Positions 18,695 to 28,742 of a DNA stretch of 64,000 nucleotides are shown here, piece by piece. Made by a program: the position numbers and the translations under genes. The notes below the pieces were generated by a model that made no database searches, was not told the origin of the DNA, and was given only the letters and a program-made list of their open reading frames with translations. The stretch is from Bdellovibrionales bacterium (GTDB taxonomy: Bacteria; Bdellovibrionota; Bdellovibrionia; Bdellovibrionales; UBA1609), in assembly GCA_965219095.1 (NCBI GenBank), contig CBDCMT010000001.1:2304001-2368000 (forward strand), read 5' to 3'. Each line of letters begins with the position of its first letter. Positions within the stretch are counted from its first letter, which is position 1.

Positions 18695-20225
18695 TTGTAA
18701 AATTAATGGTAAAAATATAACTATAAATGAGAATACAAGTATTATCGAAGCCTTTCAAAAGGCAGGAGAAGAGATAGCTCATTATTGTTATCATCCAGGT
18801 CTGTCTATTGCAGGAGTTTGTCGTTTGTGTATGGTACACATTGAAGGTCAATCCCGTCTTCAAATTGCTTGCAATACAAAAGTGCAAGAAGGAATGGTTA
18901 TTAGCAATCAAACAGAAGAGGTGAAAAAAACAGTACGTTGGGGCTTGGATTTTCATTTAATCAATCATCCCCTAGATTGTCCTATTTGCGATCAAGCAGG
19001 AGAGTGTGAACTTCAAATTCAGTATATGAAATTTGGAAGTTATGATCCTGAAATGGCAGAAAGAAAAGTCAAAAAGAAAAAAGTCGTAAACCTAGGTTCA
19101 AAAATTGTATTAGATACAGAAAGGTGTATTTTATGCTCTCGTTGTGTTCGTTTTACTGACGAAGTGACAAAGACAAGTGAGTTAGGGATTTTTCATAGGG
19201 GTGATAAAAGTGAAATAGGAACTTTTCATAACAAGCCTCTTGAAAATAACTATGCTGTTAATACTGTTGATATTTGTCCTGTAGGAGCCTTGACAGCAAA
19301 GGATTTTCGTTTTCGTCAAAGAGTTTGGTTTTTAGAAGATAAACCAACAATTTGTGCGGGTTGTTCCACAGGTTGTTCTGTGAAAGCTTCTTATAATGAA
19401 GAAGGTCTTTTTCGTTTGAAACCGAACTATAATGAAAAGGTCAATGGCTATTGGATGTGTGATGAAGGTCGAAAAACTTATAAGACAGCTGATTTCAAAC
19501 AAAGACTTAGAAAAGGAAAGAAAGGTTATAAATCTCACTTTGAGATTTTAACTTCAGAAAAAATTTTAAAAGACGCTTTTTCTAAAATCAAAGACAGAGT
19601 AGAGCAAAGGCCAGAAGATCTAGCTCTTGTTCTTTCTTGTTCTTATACCAATGAAGAGTATGAGGCTATTTTATCTTTATTTTATAAGACATGGAAAGTG
19701 AAAAATCTTTTCTTTTGGAATCATAAAGATTTTCTCCGAGAGGAGTTTGATGGTCTTTTGATGAGAAATGACCGAAGTCCTAATACCAGAGGTTTATTTA
19801 AGGAATGTGAAAAGCAAAAAATCCATCCTCAATCTTTAAAAGATTTTGAAAAAAGGGGTTTTCAAACAGCCGTGGTTATGGGTCCTGAGAACATAGAGGT
19901 GGTTTCAGATTTTGAACAGCAAGCTAAAAGGCTTTCTGGATGTCCAGAGCTTATCTGGTTTACAGCTTGCAAACACCCTTTTTTAGATCAAGTAGAAGGC
20001 TCTATATGGCAAATTCCTTTAAAGGTTCATTTTGAGAAATCAGGTACTTTTACAAACTTCAATGGTCTTGAGCAAAGTTTTAAAAAAATTTGTGATATAG
20101 TTCCCCACAGTTTTGATCTTCTTCAGATAGCTCAGTTTTTTGAAACAGGAGTTTTGGAACCCAAGAGGTTTCAAGAACAGGAAAGAAAAATCAATTATTT
20201 TGTAAAAGAAAGAGGCTCTCTATGA
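18687..20225 (+). CDS. nuoG: NADH-quinone oxidoreductase subunit G (short form)
   Basis: CYHP..CRLC, NHPLDCPICDQAGEC, CILCSRC, CPVGAL, CAGCSTGC. Confidence 0.93.
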   Translation: MLNCKINGKNITINENTSIIEAFQKAGEEIAHYCYHPGLSIAGVCRLCMVHIEGQSRLQIACNTKVQEGMVISNQTEEVKKTVRWGLDFHLINHPLDCPICDQAGECELQIQYMKFGSYDPEMAERKVKKKKVVNLGSKIVLDTERCILCSRCVRFTDEVTKTSELGIFHRGDKSEIGTFHNKPLENNYAVNTVDICPVGALTAKDFRFRQRVWFLEDKPTICAGCSTGCSVKASYNEEGLFRLKPNYNEKVNGYWMCDEGRKTYKTADFKQRLRKGKKGYKSHFEILTSEKILKDAFSKIKDRVEQRPEDLALVLSCSYTNEEYEAILSLFYKTWKVKNLFFWNHKDFLREEFDGLLMRNDRSPNTRGLFKECEKQKIHPQSLKDFEKRGFQTAVVMGPENIEVVSDFEQQAKRLSGCPELIWFTACKHPFLDQVEGSIWQIPLKVHFEKSGTFTNFNGLEQSFKKICDIVPHSFDLLQIAQFFETGVLEPKRFQEQERKINYFVKERGSL

Positions 20226-20755
20226 TTCGTGTTAAAAAAGTTAAAAAACCAAGCCCTCTATCTAAGTGGTATTTACCATCCATTGTTTCAGGTCTTATTT
20301 TTACTTTGAAAAAAATGTTAAATAACCTCATAAAACCTAAGAAAATGCTTACCTTGAATTATCCTGAAGAGATTTATGAGTATGGTCCTCGATTTAAAGG
20401 AAGTCATATTTTAACAGTTAGAAAGGACGGAGCCATTCGTTGTACGGCCTGTATGCTTTGTGCAACGGCTTGTCCTGCTGATTGTATCACCATTACGGCC
20501 TCTGAACATGATGATCCTCATGTGGAAAAATACCCTATTAGCTATGAAATTGATGTTTTAAGATGTGTGTATTGTGGTTTTTGTGAAGAGGCTTGTCCTG
20601 TGGATGCAATTCGTATGGGACCTGAGTGGCAGACAGCGGGCTTGAATGGTTCTGATTTTAGCTATGATATGGACAAACTCTCTCGTCGTGAAAATTTTGA
20701 ACAAGGTGTTTTAAGTGTTGTGGATGATAAAGAAAGGCTTGACTCAGGAATTTAG
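20222..20755 (+). CDS. nuoI: NADH-quinone oxidoreductase subunit I
   Basis: Two ferredoxin motifs, CTACMLCATACP and CVYCGFCEEACP. Confidence 0.95.
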   Translation: MIRVKKVKKPSPLSKWYLPSIVSGLIFTLKKMLNNLIKPKKMLTLNYPEEIYEYGPRFKGSHILTVRKDGAIRCTACMLCATACPADCITITASEHDDPHVEKYPISYEIDVLRCVYCGFCEEACPVDAIRMGPEWQTAGLNGSDFSYDMDKLSRRENFEQGVLSVVDDKERLDSGI

Positions 20756-20828
20756 CTCTCTTTCTTTTTCCCTCATTTTCCAGATAAGGATTCTTTTTTC
20801 TTATTTAAGCTTGTGATAAGCTTAAATC

Positions 20829-22166
20829 ATGGAATCACTTCATCAAATGCTTTTAAATACAGTAGAAAGGCTATATCGCAGAAAAGCTTATAGCAGTCTT
20901 AAAAAAGTCTTTGAAAAAAGTCATGGCGTAGATATAGCGGGAGTTTTGTCTTCTGTAAGCTATGAAGTAGCTGAAAAACTTTTCAAGTTGATTCATGATG
21001 AAGAAAAAAAAGCTGAAATTTTAAGCCATCTTGAATCAGAAAAACAAAAAAAATTCATAAACTTTTTTAGTCAAAAAGAATTAATTCAAATCGTAGGGCT
21101 TATGGATTCCGATGACGCTGCAGATTTTTTAAGTAATTTGAGTAACGAAGAATCAGAGGTCATTTTAAAAAAGATGGTGCCTCAAGACTCTCAAGGTGTG
21201 GCTGAACTTATGGTACACTCTAGTGATTCAGCAGGAGGCTTGATGACTACTGATTTTTTATCTTTGAATCAAAATCTACTTGTATCGGAAGCTATTAAAA
21301 AAATTCAATCTCATCAAGATAAGGTTTTGTTTTACATTTATATTGTCAATGATCATAATAATTTAGCAGGAGTTTTAAGTTTAAAACAACTTCTTTTGTG
21401 CCCTCAGAAAAAAAGTCTTAAAGAGATCATGTTATGTGATGTAATTTCAGTTCATGTTACAGATACACAGAGTAAAGTTGCTGAAATTGTAGAAAGGTAT
21501 GACTTTTTAGCTCTTCCTGTTGTGAATGTACATAATCAACTTGAAGGGGTAATTACAGTGGACGATGTTATTGATGTGATTAGAGAGGAGGCTGAAGAAC
21601 AGTTTCTTTCCATGGGGCAAAGTTCAAGATCTGAAAGCTTTTGGTTGAATTTGTGGAAACGTCTTTCTTTACTTTTCTATTCTTTTTTCTCAGGCTTTTT
21701 GTGTTTTATTACAATTTATAATCTGCCTTCCTTAAAGTTCTATAATTTTCAAATACCGCAAATACCCTTATGGTCAGAAATTTCCTTTTTTCCTATGCTT
21801 TGGATCATGGGACTGACTGTAGCTAACCAATCAGCTGCAACAAGTATAACCATACTAAAAGACTTGGAACTAAAAAAAATTAAATGGCTTTATTTTTTTT
21901 CCTCTGAAATTCTTATGAATTTGTTTGTACTCTTTTTCTTAGGATCTTTGACTTGGTCTTTTTTTTGGTTTTTAAGCCTTCCTTCAGGTTATCTTATTAT
22001 GAACCTTATTTTAGAAATTTTAACGGCGACTTTCTTAGGTTCCTCTATGCCCATTTTAATTCAAAAACTAAAAGGTAGCCCCTCCTTAACAACGATTCCT
22101 ACTCTCACAGTTCTTGTAACAATTTTTACTTTACTCCTTTATATGTGGTTTTTGGGAAAAAACTAA
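20829..22166 (+). CDS. mgtE: MgtE-family magnesium transporter (divergent membrane domain)
   Basis: SDDAADFL, SAGGLMTT, a CBS pair with GVITVDDVID, and 5 C-terminal TMs. Confidence 0.88.
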   Translation: MESLHQMLLNTVERLYRRKAYSSLKKVFEKSHGVDIAGVLSSVSYEVAEKLFKLIHDEEKKAEILSHLESEKQKKFINFFSQKELIQIVGLMDSDDAADFLSNLSNEESEVILKKMVPQDSQGVAELMVHSSDSAGGLMTTDFLSLNQNLLVSEAIKKIQSHQDKVLFYIYIVNDHNNLAGVLSLKQLLLCPQKKSLKEIMLCDVISVHVTDTQSKVAEIVERYDFLALPVVNVHNQLEGVITVDDVIDVIREEAEEQFLSMGQSSRSESFWLNLWKRLSLLFYSFFSGFLCFITIYNLPSLKFYNFQIPQIPLWSEISFFPMLWIMGLTVANQSAATSITILKDLELKKIKWLYFFSSEILMNLFVLFFLGSLTWSFFWFLSLPSGYLIMNLILEILTATFLGSSMPILIQKLKGSPSLTTIPTLTVLVTIFTLLLYMWFLGKN

Positions 22167-22768
22167 TGTTTGAAAAAGAAAAAGTTTTTCTTTTAAAAAA
22201 GACAATTTTCTCTGAGGCAGATCTTATTTTGCATGGACTTAACTCTAAGGGATCTAAAATTTCTGTGTTAGCAAAATGTGCTAGAAAAAGCAGAAAAAGA
22301 TTTGGAGGTGGCATCTTACAACCTACGCATTTGTTGGAATGGGTCTATAGTAAAAGAAAAAGCCAAGAGTTAGGAGTTTTAAAAGAAGCGTCTTTAAAAA
22401 CAAGCTTTCAAGGCCTAAGAAAAGATTTTAAGAGGTTAGAGTTAGGGCTTTATTTTGTTAAGCTTATGGATTGTGTGAGTCTGCAGGGCATGTCATCTCA
22501 TTCTTCTATGTTTCATCTTTTAGGCCATGGCTTGAAGCAGGCCGAAATGACCTCTGATTTATCAAAATTAAAAATACATTTTGAGATGAAATTTTTATTC
22601 GAACAAGGAGTTCTTTCTTGTTATGAATATAGAAGGTTTCTTTCAAAACCTCTTTATGAGCATTTAAAATTGAAGAACTTAGAAGATAAGAAGCACCACA
22701 TCTCACAAGAGGTCTCTATTTATTTGAACAAGAGGTTTGACAAGTTTTTTCTTGAATGGGAAGATTGA
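22166..22768 (+). CDS. recO: DNA repair protein RecO
   Basis: FSEADLIL...GSKISVLAKCARKSRKRFGG; ATG overlaps the mgtE stop (TAATG). Confidence 0.88.
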   Translation: MFEKEKVFLLKKTIFSEADLILHGLNSKGSKISVLAKCARKSRKRFGGGILQPTHLLEWVYSKRKSQELGVLKEASLKTSFQGLRKDFKRLELGLYFVKLMDCVSLQGMSSHSSMFHLLGHGLKQAEMTSDLSKLKIHFEMKFLFEQGVLSCYEYRRFLSKPLYEHLKLKNLEDKKHHISQEVSIYLNKRFDKFFLEWED

Positions 22769-22772
22769 TATA

Positions 22773-23888
22773 ATGAAGTTAAGATTTTTAATAGCTCTAT
22801 TGATCATAGGTCCTATGATTTTACAAGCTCAAGATGAAAAAGGTTTAAGTTCAGACTATAAAGCAACTTATTCCGATTTGCCTGCAATGCTTCCTTATTT
22901 AACGCCTTTTTTTGAAGAAGAGCATCCTCCTAAGCCGGAGAATTTTTTAGAGAATTTTTTACATAAGGACCTCCTTACAGTTTCAAAAGATAACAAATTT
23001 CTCATAGAGACAAGTTTTAGATACGATAGCAATGCTAGAATTATTGATGATAACATTTCTTTAGATATGGGGAAGTTTTCCTTTGAGGAAACAAAACAAA
23101 TTTTCCTTCAAACTCATTACGAAAGAGTTTTTAAAAAACATAAGGATTTTAACATGCTTTTTAGATGGGATATGGTTTATATCAATAGTAGTGAGAAAAA
23201 GATATCAGAAAGTGATCCCTTATGGATGCGTTTTGAGCTTCCTGCCGTATTCAAAAGAAAGCACGATGAGATCCATTGGGGGCTTGCGTATGAGAGTTTA
23301 TTAAGAAAAAGTCGTGAGTTTCCTTCTCATAGGGGGCCTTATTGGCACGGACTGGAATTTTTTTCCCGTTCCTTTTATAGGCTTTCTCGTCTAGAATTAG
23401 CTACTTACTTTCAAGTACAACAGTATAAGTCTTATGTTTCCGAAAAAAAAGAAGAAGAAAGAAAAGACGGTTTAAATTACTTTTTTCAGCTTCAGGCTAC
23501 TGTTGATATATCTCGTAACTCTAGATTCATTCTTCCTTTATCTTTTTCTTTTCATAGAGCTAATGAGGAGAGTAACCGTTACTCTCGCTATGACTTTGGT
23601 TTGTTTTATGAGTTTGATCATCACGTTGTGTCAAGTCGTATAGGTTTAAGTCGCTATAAGCTTTCCTATGAAGAACAAAAAAATGATGCAGATGATTCGT
23701 TAAGAGCTTATTTTGATTTTATTGCAAAAATACATAAGAATTTTTCTGTCAAGTTAAGTTTGAACCAAATCTTTTTTGACAAAAAAAAGGTTTGCGAAGA
23801 AGATGAAGATGATTCTGATTGCGGAAAAACTAAAGACTTTGATAAAAAACAAATGAGTTTAGGCTTTATATATCAAGTAAAATTTTAG
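22773..23888 (+). CDS. putative outer-membrane beta-barrel protein
   Basis: Signal peptide ending LQA-Q, aromatic-rich alternating strands and a C-terminal YQVKF beta-signal. Confidence 0.6.
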   Translation: MKLRFLIALLIIGPMILQAQDEKGLSSDYKATYSDLPAMLPYLTPFFEEEHPPKPENFLENFLHKDLLTVSKDNKFLIETSFRYDSNARIIDDNISLDMGKFSFEETKQIFLQTHYERVFKKHKDFNMLFRWDMVYINSSEKKISESDPLWMRFELPAVFKRKHDEIHWGLAYESLLRKSREFPSHRGPYWHGLEFFSRSFYRLSRLELATYFQVQQYKSYVSEKKEEERKDGLNYFFQLQATVDISRNSRFILPLSFSFHRANEESNRYSRYDFGLFYEFDHHVVSSRIGLSRYKLSYEEQKNDADDSLRAYFDFIAKIHKNFSVKLSLNQIFFDKKKVCEEDEDDSDCGKTKDFDKKQMSLGFIYQVKF

Positions 23889-24769
23889 TTTTTTCCTAGA
23901 GGATGTTTTTTCTCTAAAGTTTGAGCTAATTGTCTTAAATTCAAATGAGTGTACTTTTGAGTTGCTGTAAGAGAAGAGTGACCTAAGAGAGCTTGTAGAG
24001 TTCTTAAATTAACTCCATCAGATAATAGGTGAGTGGCAAAACTGTGGCGAAGAGCATGGGGGTGTAGTGGTTTTAGAAGACAGGCTTTTTTCCCCCAAGT
24101 TCTTACTTTTTCATAAGCAGTTCTTGTTGTAAAAGAAAAGACTTTTTGGTTTGTTTGATCCTTCCCCTTAAGTTTAAGTTCTTTTAAAAGGGTCCAGACT
24201 TTTTGAGGTAAAACAATAAGCCTTTCTTTTTGTCCTTTACCTAAAACTCTTATAACTTTCTCATTCCATTGAATATCCATCCATTTTAAAGCACAAGCCT
24301 CACTTACTCTTAAGCCTCCTCCATAAAGAAGAAGGATTAAAAGAAGATCTGGTTTGTCTTTTTTCTTTTTAAAAACTTGTAATAAAGAGGTTATCTCATC
24401 AAGGCTCAAATAGGAAGGAAGTCGTTGTGTTACTTTAGGACAACTTAAAGAGAGCGAGATGTTATCTTCAATCATTTTTTCTTCAAAAAGCCATTGGAAA
24501 AACCCTTTAAGACAAGCGATTTTACGGTTGCGACTTGCAGAAGAAAGATAGGCCCAAGAAAGGATGGTTTTTTTGTTCCATTTTTGAAGATTGTGAGAGT
24601 TTAAAGACAAGTTATGAGAGTGTTGAACTAATGTGTACAGATCATTTTTATAAGCCCTTAAAGTATGTTCTGAAGCTGACTTTACATTTTCTAAGTATTT
24701 TAAATAAGATAAGGAGGCTTTTTGAAGTTGAGAACATAAGGAGGTTTTTTTTTGCAATTTAACTGACAT
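23885..24769 (-). CDS. xerC: XerC/XerD-type tyrosine recombinase
   Basis: SEHTLRAYKND, GLRVSE, GKGQKER, HPHALRHSFATHLL, LLGH, TQKYTH. Confidence 0.85.
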   Translation of the reverse strand: MSVKLQKKTSLCSQLQKASLSYLKYLENVKSASEHTLRAYKNDLYTLVQHSHNLSLNSHNLQKWNKKTILSWAYLSSASRNRKIACLKGFFQWLFEEKMIEDNISLSLSCPKVTQRLPSYLSLDEITSLLQVFKKKKDKPDLLLILLLYGGGLRVSEACALKWMDIQWNEKVIRVLGKGQKERLIVLPQKVWTLLKELKLKGKDQTNQKVFSFTTRTAYEKVRTWGKKACLLKPLHPHALRHSFATHLLSDGVNLRTLQALLGHSSLTATQKYTHLNLRQLAQTLEKKHPLGKN

Positions 24770-24837
24770 GTATTTTACATTTTACCATACCTTAAAGAAA
24801 AGCTTGAAAGTTTTTGAGACAAAGGGGATGGTTAATA

Positions 24838-25008
24838 AAGTAAGATAAAAATTAGAACTTTCATCTAGGTTGTATTGAAAATGTTATAGATGAAGACTAA
24901 GGCATATTGACGATTCGTTATAGTTTACAGGTTCTCTCTTACTAATGAAATAAAGACTGAATCGTCAACACGACCAGTCCTTTAACCAGTAATTTTTTAC
25001 TCTCTTGA
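24838..25008 (-). ncRNA. candidate rod-like structured RNA (6S-RNA-like?)
   Basis: Nested stems on the - strand: AAAAAUUA/UAAUUUUU, AGGACU/AGUCUU and CGUGUUGACGAUUC/GAAUCGUCAAUAUG (G-U pairs only on the - strand). A TATGAT/GATAAT -10-like element lies at ~25010-25030. Confidence 0.35.
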
Positions 25009-25038
25009 AATCATAATCATATTATCATAACTTAACTA

Positions 25039-26587
25039 TATAGTGCTTCCGCTTAGGTTTTCAGTTTCCTAAGATAGAGAAGTTATCAGTTATCAAAGTT
25101 TCTAATTTAGATCTGTGTTTTCGTATTCCTCTAAAAAATTGACTTAAACTTCCCTTGAAATCGTCATAGTTTTCATAATATCGATTCGCCGTGACCTCTT
25201 TTTTCATAAACTTCCAAAGCCTTTCTATAGGATTTAAATTCGGTGAGTACGGAGGAAGATAAATAAGCTTTACATTCAACTCTTTCGCTAACTTCTTGAC
25301 AGACTTCGATCTATTGTATCCGGCCCCATCTAAGATAAGATGAATCTCTTTTTCATCGGGATGCTTCTTAATGAATATGATGGAGCATATCACATAGGAA
25401 AACTTCGTTGACTGTCTTATAACTCCTGACTACCGTCTTCAAACTATTGATCTCAATAGCTCCACAAACATTCACTCTTTTTCTCCAGCCTGAATTGGTC
25501 TTCACTTCAAACTTCTTACCCTCTCTTATCCAACCATATGAAATCGTAGGGCCCCACTCAGGATGTGTGGAATCAGCAAAGTAAACAGGACCGTCTTTCT
25601 TCTTAATTCTCTTGTATTTACGCACAAACTTTTTCTGCTCTTCTCTCTTTGCCTTACCCGGTATCGCTGTGGCTTTTTTATAAGAAAAACTAAGGCGATG
25701 GAGAAGATCAATTACACCACTTGTTGAGTACGTAACACCAAAATTCTCCTCAATGAACTGAATAACGGTCTGTGATGATGGAAAAATTCTTTTCTCTAAT
25801 TCCTTTAAAAGCATTTTCTCCTCTTTCTTAGTTAAAAAGGAGCTTTTAGGGTTGTAATTGTCGTTGATTAAGCACTCTATCCCACCTTTGTTATAACGAT
25901 CTCTACAGGCTCTTATCGTGCCCTCATCAATGAAAAGAAAGCAGGCAATATCTTTACACAACTTACCTTTATCTAAATGGAGAATTGTCATAATCCTTTT
26001 TGCGTAAATACAAGAGAATTAAGAAGAAAGACGGTCCTGTTTACTTTGCTGATTCCACACATCCTGAGTGGGGCCCTACGATTTCATATGGTTGGATAAG
26101 AGAGGGTAAGAAGTTTGAAGTGAAGACCAATTCAGGCTGGAGAAAAAGAGTGAATGTTTGTGGAGCTATTGAGATCAATAGTTTGAAGACGATAGTCAGG
26201 AGTTATAAGACAGTCAACGAAGTTTTCCTATGTGATATGCTCCATCATCTTCATTAAGAAGCATCCCGATGAAAAAGAGATTCATCTTATCTTTAGATGG
26301 GGCCGGATACAATAGATCGAAGTCTGTCAAGAAGTTAGCGAAAGAGTTGAATATAAAACTTGTTTATCTTCCTCCGTACTCACTGAATTTAAATCCTATA
26401 GAAAGGCTTTGGAAGTTTATGAAAAAAGAGGTCACGGCGAATCGATATTATGAAAACTATGACGATTTCAAGGGAAGTTTAAGTCAATTTTTTAGAGGAA
26501 TACGAAAACACAGATCTAAATTAGAAACTTTGATAACTGATAACTTCTCTATCTTAGGAAACTGAAAACCTAAGCGGAAGCACTATA
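25039..26587. mobile_element. IS630 fold-back: two right-end arms in inverted orientation
   Basis: 25039-25624 and 26001-26587 are reverse complements with a few differences. The junction is at TGCGTA (26001-26006), and both ends carry TATAGTGCTTCCG. Confidence 0.92.
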
Positions 26588-26682
26588 TAAAGTCCTATTG
26601 ACTTTCCCTATAAACCTGATCAATGGCTTTAGGTCTTCTAAAATGGATTTAAATGGTTATCTTTATTTGCAGAGTTCTTGAT

Positions 26683-28671
26683 CTACTTCCAACCCTCTGA
26701 GATAGATAGTTTAGAGGTCTTTAAAAAATCTAAAATCTTTTGAGAACAATCAAGAAAATTTTTTCTTTTTTTAATACCATGACCCTCATCCTCATAAATG
26801 ACAAGTTTTGTTTTTTTACCTGATTTTATGAGTTGATTGTAAATAGAAGTAGCTTCAGAAAGAGGAGCACGAGGATCTTTAGCTCCTTGGATGATGAGAA
26901 GAGGAGCCTGAATCTTATCGACAAAATAAATAGGAGAACGTTCTTTCCAAAGTTCTATATGAGATTGATCTCCCATTTCACGTTCCAAATAATCCTTAAA
27001 TTCTTTTTTAGTCGTGCCAAAAAAAGTTTCTAAGTTAGAGAAACCAATCACATCAATACCAGCAGCCCAAACATTAGGCTGCTTTGTTAAAGCCATAAGC
27101 GTCATATAGCCACCGTAACTTGTTCCGTAAGCAATAACTTTTTTAGAGTCCACATAACCTGTCTCTAAAAGAAACTTAACACCATATTTCAGGTCTTCTA
27201 AATCTCCGCCTCCCCAATCCATATTGTTTAAATCTTCATATTCTTTGCCATAGAATGAAGAGCCTCTAATATTAGGAGCTAAAATAATATAACCTCTATT
27301 TATAAGAAAAGAAAAATGACTGCTGTATAAATTTAGAGAAGCCCCTGAAGGCCCTCCATGAATGAATACAATAGCAGAGTTTGAACCATCTCTTTTTAAA
27401 TTAGGTGGCATATATAAAAGACCAGGTATTTTTAAATCATCAAATGTTTTATAAAAAACAACCTTAGGCTCAACGAGATATTTTTCAAGTGAGTTCTTTT
27501 TTAAAATATTTTTTATGCTTTTATCTTTTAAATCAACTATCTCTAGGGAGTAGGGAAGTGTTGTTGAAGTCCGTGTGTAGAGAATTTTTTCGTTGTCTAA
27601 AAAAACAAGACCATAAATCCAGCCATTTAGAGTTACAGTTTGAAATACCTTAGACGCTTTCCCTTCATTTATGTCAGCTATAACAATATCCCTATTCCCA
27701 TGAGAAAAGCATAAGAAAGCTATTTTAGAACCATTCTTAGAAAAGCGAGGAGAGAAACATTCTCTGTTTTGATGGATCCATTGAACTTTATCAGTCTCCA
27801 TGTTTAAAAAACCTACTTCAGAGAAACCTCTCTCTTCTGGCATCTTAGTTAAAGGGAGGTATTTTTTATTTTTAGATAATCTGCCAGGATAAGCTAGAAA
27901 GTTATAACTTTTATAAGATTTTTCCTTAAGAGAATAAATTCTTAAATTTCCTTTTGAAAAGTCATTAGTTGCGGAAAGAGCAATTTTATTTTCACTCACC
28001 CAAACAGGGCTTCTCTTGGAAACCTCATCAAAAGTAATTCGAGTTAAACTTTGATCTTTTAAAGATAAGGTATAGAGTTGTGGATGTTTTGGTGAGTCTT
28101 GATTTGAAATAAGAGCTATTTTATCTCCTTGGGGAGACCACTCAGGAACTGAAAAATAAGCTTTTGGGTTTTTTGTAAGGGCTTTAAACTCTTTTGTTTT
28201 TAAGTTTAAAAGAAAGATTTGGTACATCTCATTTCCATTTTCATCTTTAAGAAACAAGGCATACTTTCCATCAGAAGAGACAGAAGAGATTAAAAAACGT
28301 TCCTTTGTTTTAACTAAAAGGCTTCTCTTGTTTTCTTTTATGGAATAAATAAAAATATGATTCTTCTTGCCATTCCAGTCTTGAATAAGGATTTTATCTT
28401 TATTTGGTAAAACCCTAGAGTTTGGAGCGCTTGTGTTTTCTGAAAAAACCTCTTCTAAAGAAAGAGATAAAATTTCTCTTTTTTCTGAAATAATAGATTT
28501 TGGATTTGTGGACTTTACTTTTAAAAGGCCTGCGTACTTTTCTCTTTTCATATTTAAATGATCTGAATTCATAGTTGAAAATTTTGTCATATAAACTAAG
28601 ACCCCTAGTAAAAAAAATAATAAAAAGGCTGACTTCTTTATTGCGCCTTCTGAGATTAAAAATTTTTTCAT
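26683..28671 (-). CDS. S9-family peptidase (acylaminoacyl/dipeptidyl aminopeptidase type) with beta-propeller and N-terminal membrane/signal segment
   Basis: IHGGP, GTSYGG nucleophile, GAKDPR, DEGHG; PD40-like repeats. Confidence 0.93.
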   Translation of the reverse strand: MKKFLISEGAIKKSAFLLFFLLGVLVYMTKFSTMNSDHLNMKREKYAGLLKVKSTNPKSIISEKREILSLSLEEVFSENTSAPNSRVLPNKDKILIQDWNGKKNHIFIYSIKENKRSLLVKTKERFLISSVSSDGKYALFLKDENGNEMYQIFLLNLKTKEFKALTKNPKAYFSVPEWSPQGDKIALISNQDSPKHPQLYTLSLKDQSLTRITFDEVSKRSPVWVSENKIALSATNDFSKGNLRIYSLKEKSYKSYNFLAYPGRLSKNKKYLPLTKMPEERGFSEVGFLNMETDKVQWIHQNRECFSPRFSKNGSKIAFLCFSHGNRDIVIADINEGKASKVFQTVTLNGWIYGLVFLDNEKILYTRTSTTLPYSLEIVDLKDKSIKNILKKNSLEKYLVEPKVVFYKTFDDLKIPGLLYMPPNLKRDGSNSAIVFIHGGPSGASLNLYSSHFSFLINRGYIILAPNIRGSSFYGKEYEDLNNMDWGGGDLEDLKYGVKFLLETGYVDSKKVIAYGTSYGGYMTLMALTKQPNVWAAGIDVIGFSNLETFFGTTKKEFKDYLEREMGDQSHIELWKERSPIYFVDKIQAPLLIIQGAKDPRAPLSEATSIYNQLIKSGKKTKLVIYEDEGHGIKKRKNFLDCSQKILDFLKTSKLSISEGWK

Positions 28672-28742
28672 ACAATAACCCTTACTGGTCTTTCCTTTAT
28701 GGATAAAGCTAACATGGCAATGTAATATAAGTATAAAAGCTT

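Noticed and set aside
24877..24892. Zur box (AAATGTTATA)
   Set aside because: Half-site only.
23885..25008. Integron (recombinase plus hairpin as IntI/attC)
   Set aside because: The protein is XerC-like with no IntI insertion, the GTT/AAC boxes are in the wrong order for attC, and there is no cassette array.
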